From: Ostrea edulis
Taxonomy: Eukaryota
Reading direction: 5' to 3'
Assembly (NCBI RefSeq): GCF_947568905.1
Contig: NC_079168.1
Span: forward strand, 89,776,001-89,840,000
DNA: 64,000 nucleotides
The position numbers and the translations under genes were made by a program. The notes beneath the pieces were generated by a model. The model did no database searches. It worked only from the letters and a program-made list of their open reading frames with translations, and had not been told where the DNA came from. Position 1 is the stretch's first letter. Every line of letters starts with the position of its first letter. Positions 47,201-57,200 of this stretch are shown here, in pieces.

Positions 47201-50200
47201 ATTCAGATCAAATAAATAATTTTACAGAAAAAATATTGCAGTGATAATCTAATAATACATTTTGGCTATTCTACTTTTCATCAGGTAATAATACTGGAAC
47301 ATGCAATGTGTATCTATAGTGCCACAGGTTCTGGTATTTTGGTCTCGCTAAAATTACGAAAAAATCATAAAAATGAAAGCCTCGGTCATCTATCTATCTC
47401 TCTTTAGAGAAATATTGCAGAGGCTCGCATTTTTATGATTTTGATGACCGAGGCTTGCATAGACTAAAATACTAGTTTCTGTGCTAGAACTGATGAACCT
47501 GTTCGTGTAAATACACTTTTGTGAGTGCCAGTTTTATCTTAATGGAGATCTAATGTTAAATGAGACATGACTAGGAGATATTAATGAGTCAGAAACTGTT
47601 CCCTTTACATAGGCCCAGTCACCACTCCAGACCTGATAGTATTTATCATAGCCGTGTGTTGTGTCCCAGCTACGAGAAGTGTCATAGGATGTGACTGACA
47701 TAGAGTCACCATAATAAAATAATCTCTCCAGCTGAAAAATTCATATTTCCACTCAAAGCATGAATAAAGATATCTTCAGAGTTAAAAAATACAAGACAGG
47801 CACAATATAAAATATTTTCCAGAAAATTCACACAATGTAAGATCTACATTTTAAAAAAATCTTCTTTACTTCTGAATCAAAATGGAATAATAGAAATTGT
47901 TGAAATAAAGAATGTTACCCTCAGTTTTGATGGCTCTGCATGGCGAGAAGATCTATACGTAGATCCAGATTTGTTGCTTTGTGTATCTAAATCTCTTCTA
48001 AAATAAAGAAACAACTAAGATATATAGACACACTGATCACAGGCTTGATAAAATACCACATGTACCAGGGGTATTGCTAAATACACTGGTATCACTTAGG
48101 ACTTGCCTGTTGTGATGTGTATTGGTGTCACTCATATAGTTCCGAAGTCCCAGCTCTGGGGTTCTGCGAGAGGATTCTGAGGGGGTGTAGGGGGGCGGCG
48201 GCTCCCCCGACTGAGGTAGCTGTTGTGGATCCTGGTCCCTGTAATACAGAACCAGCACACATAAAGGACCAGAGACAATTCACATTTTTTGTGTCATGCT
48301 CCACATTCTGGTAAAAAATAGAACAAACCTAATACCTATCTGACACTTGAACTGGAATAGAACAAACCTAATACCTATCTGACACTTGAACTGGAATAGA
48401 ACAAACCTAATACCTATCTGATACTTGAACTGGAATAGAACAAACCTAATACCTATCTGACACATGAACTGGAATAGAACAAACCTAACACCTATCTGAC
48501 ACTTGAACTGGAATAGAACAAACCTAACACCTATCTGACACTTGAACTGGAATAGAACAAACCTAATACCTATCTGACACTTGAACTGGAATAGAACAAA
48601 CCTAATACCTATCTGACACTTGAACTGGAATAGAACAAACCTAACACCTATCTGACACTTGAACTGGAATAGAACAAACCTAACACCTATCTGACACTTG
48701 AACTGGAATAGAACAAACCTAACACCTATCTGACACTTGAACTGGAATAGAACAAACCTAATACCTATCTGACACATGAACTGGAATAGAACAAACATAA
48801 TACCTATCTGACACATGAACTGGAATAGAACAAACCTAATACCTATCTGACACATGAACTGGAATGGAGCAACATAATTATTTATTGTTCTTCAGCTTCA
48901 GAATAAAACTGGTCATGTGTATGGAACTACTGTAATTTTCCAGATGGGTAGTAACACTATCAAGCAATTACATTGAGGAAAATAAAGATAAAAACAATGG
49001 TTTAATGTTTTATATAATAGGTCTGGAAACATCACAAACTAGTAGAGTTACATCCCTTGGATGCAAACAGCCTCGAGATATTTAATCATACTCAGACTTT
49101 TAAACTTATCTCCTGGCTAAAACTGCAACTAAACTGTGAGAAACTACTTTTTACCTAAGAAAAATCTCTTACCCAAAGCCTCTTCTCTTTGGTGACCTGT
49201 AACGTTGTCGTACATGAGGCGAGTACTTGATCTTGAAAGGTTCAGATTTAGTTCTGAAATTAAAAAAACAAATTGATATTTCTCTTACATAAGCACTTAC
49301 ATGTAGATGTTAAACAGGTAGTCATCTGATCCCAATCTGTAAATGTCCTACTTACTCCACTTTGACATAAGGAATATCTTGCAGGTCCTCTGGATTCATG
49401 CCTTCCGTATCCACCAAGTCGTACCTACAACGTCAATCCATTACGTAGCACATTTGTAATCACTTAGCATAACACTTTCCATTAGTCTGTATATTTCATT
49501 ATTCACTAATCTTCTGTTCACATAGTCATTATTAAGAAGCTTACACAATGTGTTGTTTGAGTTCCTCTGGAGGACGTTTAGACGTTCCTGGGGACTTCGT
49601 TCTCCGTCGCCGTCGTCGTTTGACTTCCCCAGCTGGAGCCGAGTGAATGGACGGAACAGAGCTACAAAATTAAAGAAAATCAATGACACAGCATCAATGA
49701 AATTCAATGTTAAGTTTACTACAACTCGACAGATTTATTATGTTGACAAAAAAAAAACCCTTAACTATTGATGCTTGCTATTTACAAGAGGATTTCAAGG
49801 ATGCTTGTGCTGCATGCTGGTAAAAGTGCAACCTCAGACAAACAAATGAACAGTGGGCGTGTCTGCCACAAATACACTCTGCCAGTGACAATTTACATGA
49901 ACTCTTATCAAACTAATTACATACAATTAAACATACCTTGAAAGCTTTACTGAACTTACCCATTCATATAACTTTCATTATTTGCGGGGAACATGCTGTA
50001 AAATAAAAATTAAACCTCTCAATGGCAATCAAATTTTGATAAGAAATAAGAAAATGTCTATGTGAGAATTTGACATGTGTGATCCTATTGGTTTTCTCTA
50101 CTGACCCCTGCATGGTCTCTTTCCAGTGGTTCTCATACCATGGCTCCACCGAACTCTTGGGGCGGCGGTTCCTCGTGGGAGACACGTCAGACTCACTTCC

Positions 50201-51172
50201 ACTGTCACCGTCCCTCCTTTAAAGTTAAAACATTTTATACTGAAGGATCTTGTCTGACTCATTAAAACATTTTATATTGAAGGATTTTGTCTGACTCATT
50301 AAAACATTTTACATTTTGCATAAAAATGTCATGCCGCATAAATGCTCAATATGAAACCCAAGCAGAAATAACAACTAGAACTATTATGATAGGACTAATA
50401 CCTCACGAATTCACACCGGTTCATATTTACAGTATTGCACATTTCAATACCATATCTGTGTGAACTTCCTGACTAGTACAGTGAACATGTATCTCATACA
50501 CATCTGTGTTAACTTCCTGACTAGTACAGTGAACTTGTATCTCATACACATCTGTGTGAACTTCCTGACTAGTACAGTGAACATGTATCTCATACACATC
50601 TGTGTGAACTTCCTGACTAGTACAGTGAACATGTATCTCATACATATCTGTGTGAACTTCCTGACTAGTACAGTGAACATGTATATCATACACATCTGTG
50701 TGAACTTCCTGACTAGTACAGTGAACATGTATCTCATACACATCTGTGTGAACTTCCTGACTAGTACAGTGAACATGTATCTCATACACATCTGTGTGAA
50801 CTTCCTGACTAGTACAGTGAACATGTATCTCATACACATCTGTGTGAACTTCCTGACTAGTACAGTGAACATGTATCTCATACACATCTGTGTGAACTTC
50901 CTGACTAGTACAGTGAACATGTATCTCATACACATCTGTGTGAACTTCCTGACTAGTACAGTGAACATGTATCTCATACATTGTAGGTGATCTGTTTCTC
51001 TTTGAATTCTGCCAATAATGCAGCAATGACAGGTTTAGGATCAGACTAAAATGCCTACAAACTGATGGACTGACAGACGGACAGACTGACAGACAGACGG
51101 ACTGACAGATGGACATGGTGATTCTAGTATACAGGAGATACTGGTTCCAGTACACTCCTGACACTTTGATTG

Positions 51173-51212
<40 letters not shown>

Positions 51213-54200
51213 TAAAAAAATTACCTCCTTCTTCTTGAAAAAGAAACATCACTTTCATTGTCTGATCCTTTGTTCTTGGGAAAGTATCTGAAAGGAAAAT
51301 GAGATGTGGAAGATGCTATGCTCCTGGCAGTGTCATATTTCTGCCACATAAAACGTTACTTTATTTGTATCATCAGTTAACTTCTATATAGAATGCTCGA
51401 AGAATTCTGTGTAATTAAACTAGATATATGTCTATAAGACACTGATGCCCCTCCCAAGTAATATTACCCAAAGTATTTCTATTGTTTCAGTGATCTGAAA
51501 CACATTGAGCAAAACCAGTTACACTACACAAAAACAGTATATCTAAACTAGAAAACTGACATGTCAGAAAGGGCCACATGATAAATCTGAAAATCAAAAT
51601 GGGTCTTCCTTTGTCTAATTCAAGTATACTTATAAAATTTGTGAATATATTTCTATGGAAACTAAAGTTATAGTGCGTCCAAAGAAAGTACTGAAGGACC
51701 AACAGACAGAGGGATGGCCAGACAGAGTTATTACTATAGGAATCCAAGCATTGCCTTTCATTTCTATGAAAATCATCTATTAAAGTAATCTAAGTTATTG
51801 CATGCCATAGAAAGTACTATCATCTTATTAATATTAAAAAATTCTAAGTCCCATAACTCTGTAAAGACAAAGCCTTTAAATCTAAAGTCTTTTCTATTCT
51901 TACAAAATGACAAGCAAATACATTAGATGACTAGCCCAGGTAGCATATGGGGAAGCCATGAGTTTATTATACTGACATGAAGTGTATGAAAATGTAACAA
52001 AAACAATACTAGATGCACTGTATGAACACTACAATACAAGTGTAACAATAGGTGTGACTGATAACAAAAATAAATTGAGTATCCGTTAACGACGTGACCG
52101 GCCAGGAAAAACCAGAAGTAGAAAACTTTCTTCTAAGAAAAAATTCTGAAAACTTGTGTTCTATACCATGTCAAAATCGCAAATGCACGCCGTCTCCAGG
52201 ATAATGCAGGGAATTTGCAATGAAATCTTAAATATGAACAATAAGAGACAAATATATGAAAATAAATATATCCCAATAAGGTTTGAACATTAATAGAAGG
52301 AAGATATGAAAATAAATTACATATTTCTAAAATTTTGTGTTTCTTTGTCAGGAGATGGGCTAGAACTGATAGCTCATGCTTAACGAGCACCCCTCAAAAA
52401 CAAACCTCATCACCATGTAACTCTGAACTCCAAAACCATTGGACAATTTATTTCCAAATCTTTAAGACAATTATTTTCCACTAATTTCCGTACCACACAA
52501 AATGTAAAATAGTGAGGGGTCTTCCTCTGCCTAATCCAAATATTATGCATAAGATTTATGAAAATCTTCCCAGGGAAACTTCAGTTATTGCATGCCATAG
52601 ACTGTGCTGACAGACAGACAAAGTGATTGCTATATGGAGGGATTGTAAAACTTCTAGTACAGTGTAGTATGCATTCTTAGATACATAGTTTATACAATGT
52701 TTGACAATAATAGGCCTTTCAGTCACTTTGTAATGGTGTGCTACCAAAATGTTTAACATGAGGATTTTAAAAAAAATTCAAAGAACTTTCAATAAATTTG
52801 AAATCACAAAACTTTTCCTAAATTGACAGCATCAAAACGTACAACTTTTCCAGGGATACAGACATTCACAGTCACCTATACAATCACCAGAGGAGGAGTG
52901 TAAACCTTCCCTCGAGTTCATCAAGGTGAAATAAAAATACTTGGATCTGTTGTTATTTCAAACAGATAACCTCATTGTCTATATGTCAGCAACTTATTCC
53001 ACTCACTTGCGTCTATGCCCACTCTCCGTATCACTGGTCTGTCCCACTCTTTTAGGAAACTTCTGTACATCACTGTGTAATGAGACTGGAGACTCACGGC
53101 CCGATGTATATAGCCCACTGTAAAATGTACTCACATAAACTCACAATAAATAGTTATATTTCACTGTGTAGTGAGACTGGAGACTCGGGCAAAAGGAGTG
53201 AAAATAAAACAGAGACAAATATTTTCCTATATACAGTACGTCACTGTGTAGAGACACTGGGGATTCAAGCCCTGATGTATAGAGCCCACTGCAAAGCGAC
53301 TCCCAATAAAAAATATCTACTGTACAGTTACTTAATATCAGAAGTCCACTCTACTCTATAACTTACAATCAAGAAAAAAATTTCAACTGGATCAGAAAAA
53401 TCTTTTAGTAAAAGAATCATTAAGAACGTTGCTGATATTGCGACAAAATGATTATAGTATCAGTCAAAATTGTTTATCAAAAATGGGATTCCAAATGCTT
53501 ATAAACAATGTTCAGAGTAAAACTACTTGTAACACATATGTACAGCGTAGTGCTCTAAATGAATCAACTTTTATCATATTTAGAAAATTCATTGAAAAAT
53601 AGTCACTTTCCTAAATTATTTTCATAAAATTATCTAACGTCCATTTATCATAACTTTTACACCATTAACAAAACAAATAACTGCAGCATCTGGTCCCAGT
53701 GTCTTATGTTTTTCCTAAACAGCCATACATATTATATGACTGTAAGAACAACACACTCAGGGTTTTCGTTCCAATCTTAAAAAGGTTTATACCCTATAAG
53801 TGGTATTTTTAGCAATGCGCATATTTAGAGACTTGTCCATAAATTATGGGTATATATATCTAGCGAGAGCTAATTTTAGCAACTTTAGAATTCCAAGAAA
53901 GATAACTATTACCTCTGATATGGAATATATATATATTGGCAATATTAAACTTTAATGATCGTAATACTGTCGCTAATAATGCCCAAATTAAATCCTCACT
54001 AAAAATTCTTCTTATACAGTATAAGGAAATGGAGTTGATGTTACAGTTTCAGTAGTCATATTTCTGTTATTGTTGGTTGAAGTTTTAAAAATCATGATTA
54101 GAATTTATGTCCAAATATTTTGTAACAAACGCTTTAGATTACATAAAAATAGGAGCAAATAAGTTCAGAATGATTTTTCCAACAAAAGACATTTTACGAT

Positions 54201-57200
54201 TAAATATACAAGCGTAAAACACACAAGTTGACTCATTTATGGCACTACATTGTATATGATTTTTTTTTAAAAGTGCACTGTTGCCGAGGTTCAATGCTTA
54301 CGTGTCCCCATCTTTTTCCCAGGGAGCACTCCTTGTGCTTCTGGGGGAGTGATTTCTTTGTAAATCTGGCAGACTTCTGTGACGAGATCTAAGCAGAAGA
54401 AATAATTCAAATATAGTAACTCTCCAGCAGATTATCTTAAAACTGTTCTGAAAATTGTAATTATCTGGCCATTTTTAATGTAATTATGATAATCGTACTT
54501 ACCCTTTGACTGGTTCAGGGGCCACCACTCTGGTGACAGCGGTATCATTGATAGCACTGTAATACGAACCTGCCTTTCCTCCTACAACAAAACTCATCAA
54601 ATTAGTATACAGGGGATTCTTTGTGCTTACATTCTCACAAATCGTGTGGAGTACTCGCGCTATTATGAATTAGTATACAGGGGATTCTTTGTGCTTACAT
54701 TCTCACAAATCGTGTGGAGTACTCGCGCTATTATGAAATCTAAGGTAATAGAACATTAGCATTCATAAATTAAAACAATGGCACAATATTCAACAATCAA
54801 TTCTGTCTAAATGCATGCGAGGTCTGACTGACCTACCTACCATTCAGTATGAAGTCTGTATGTACATGTGTTCAGATCAACTTAACATTTAGTCTGAAGT
54901 CTACATACACATGTTAATGTCTTGAACAGATCAACCAACCATTCACCCTGAAGTCTATATACATGTTTTCTGAACAACCTACTAATGTATTTAGTGTGGA
55001 CTGTACCTACACATGTTCTGACAGATCTACTACATGTGTATTTATTTTGGAGTCTACATACATGCGTTCAGATCGACTTACAAGAATCTGAAGACTACAT
55101 GTATGTGGTCAGATCCACCTACCATTTAGTCTGGAATCCGATTTGCTCCTTGTCGGCTGTCGTCTGCTTGGTATCCTAGAAACTGATGGCTGCTGTCTTA
55201 TATCATTGTTGTTCTGTCTGTCATTTCTACCACTGTAAAAATCTCTCACATGTATTTTTGAGTCATGAATTCTTGAAAAGCATATGAACAGATTTACTAT
55301 GGTGTAAATGCTATATTCTAAATGATACTTTAAAGTTAAACAACTAAACCACACAGGTCAATCCATAAAACTATGCACTGGCATGATCTCATGCATAAAT
55401 TTTTTTTTTTGGGGCATTCCACATTTTATACAAAATTTGCTGTTAAGAAATAATTAATATTAGTAAATTTTCTTTAAGCCACTCTGCATCAAAGACTTTT
55501 AAAATAAGTCATATTCCAAGTATCCAATGAATTCCATCTTAATAATGTAGTTAATTATTATCATGAATTAAAATACAAAGTATAACATCACTACAAGTGT
55601 TGATTTGATGTGCACAGGCTAAACAGAAAATCATTTGGTGTAAATTGCCAATGTCCCCAGTAACTGAAATAGACCAGCCATTGTTGATTGTCACTGATGT
55701 TTAAATGAATGTCCACCCAGTAACTGAAATAGACCAGCCATTGATGATTGTGACTGATGTTTAAATGAGTGTCCACAGATCATCCATCTTACCTCCGTCT
55801 GGATCCGTGTCGAAATTGTTTGGAAGAGAGAGCTAGGGTGTCAGCTAACTGGTTAATTCTAGATAGCAAGAAAAGGAATGTACAAAATATCACACCTATC
55901 TCTGGTACAGGTCCTCTCCTGGCCACGCGTTAGAAATCACGCAGGACAATTAGGTAGGGAGGAAGGCAGGGAATATTTGTATATTCAAGAAGTAAGATTA
56001 CAATCATAAAATAAAAATATAAATAACTTCAAACACTAATTGTCTACTAAGATATATATAAGAAAAAGCCAAACCATTTATGATAAAAAATGTTTATGAA
56101 GTACAATGATCATGATAATATATAAATATGCTGTAGTAGCATTTATACAGAATTGTAAACAGGCAGCGAGAATAAAAATACAATTCAAAAGAAAGAAAAT
56201 TGTTATTTTCAATGAAGAAGACAAAAACAGAATGAAATATGAATATATCTAATAAATACTGTAAATATCACTATTTATTTAATATGCATGTAATGATATA
56301 TTAATGATCTAGCCAAAGTCAACAAACACACGTGTGGATACCTGAAGAAGGTGTGATGCTCGACACAACACTTCCACAAGTGTTTGGTCCTTGTCTTTGT
56401 GGCCACGTCAAAAGCATACGTGTGTTCATCATTCTGTAAATATCAAAAATTACACATCTATTGATCTCCCCAATCTTCATGATAAGACTGACTTTTTATG
56501 CTCACTTTTAAGAGATGTCATACATGTAATTATCCTTATGTTTGTGTGGATACTATGGTGTATATTTACAAGAGAAAACTTTTGTGAATCATTGTTTATT
56601 GCTTAAGTCTTCTATATGCAGGAGTTTATTTGCAAGAACTAAATTTTCGTGAATGGCTAGTCTTGCAAAATGACACGTAAATAATGTTGTTGCAAATACA
56701 CTGTTATACACAGTACGTTTGTTGTATTTTACTTATAAAAAATACTTGCATTCTTGTCTTTGACTTTGATGATAAAAATTTTTCCTTTAAAAGTGACTTT
56801 CGTTATTCTTGGCCTGTAAAACAGTTGCAAATATAATCCACTAAAAACAAAGCACACAGTGCATGCATTTTGCTAATACACTGAACATCAGCAAATACCG
56901 TACATCTTTGAAATTAAATGATATTCATTAATATTCAACATCAAAAGGAATTCTACTACTCATATAAAAATCTAGAGACTTCAATATATTGCTATATCAA
57001 ACCAATTAAGTTTTCCATCAGAAACCTTGTAGTCTAACGTGAAATCTATAGCACATCTTCTCACCAGAAGTAATTTCCAACTTTTGACTTGTTTTTATAC
57101 ACAACAATTCCTGTTGGAGTAAGACCAAGGAAATATTCCATGTTCCCTTCACCCTGCAAAGAGAATCCTTTTCAGATAAATCTACCATGATTGCAACATT

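Noticed and set aside
49441-49707. 88-aa ORF-track translation
   Set aside because: Wrong frame over the true exon 49661-49545 ([19 protein letters not shown]...).
48280-50990. Long ORFs in the 39-bp and 48-bp arrays, and the fact that most minisatellite units in the window are multiples of 3
   Set aside because: The arrays lie in introns between phase-consistent exons and lack usable splice sites. Counter-examples exist (44, 68, 107-109 bp), so this is treated as coincidence.
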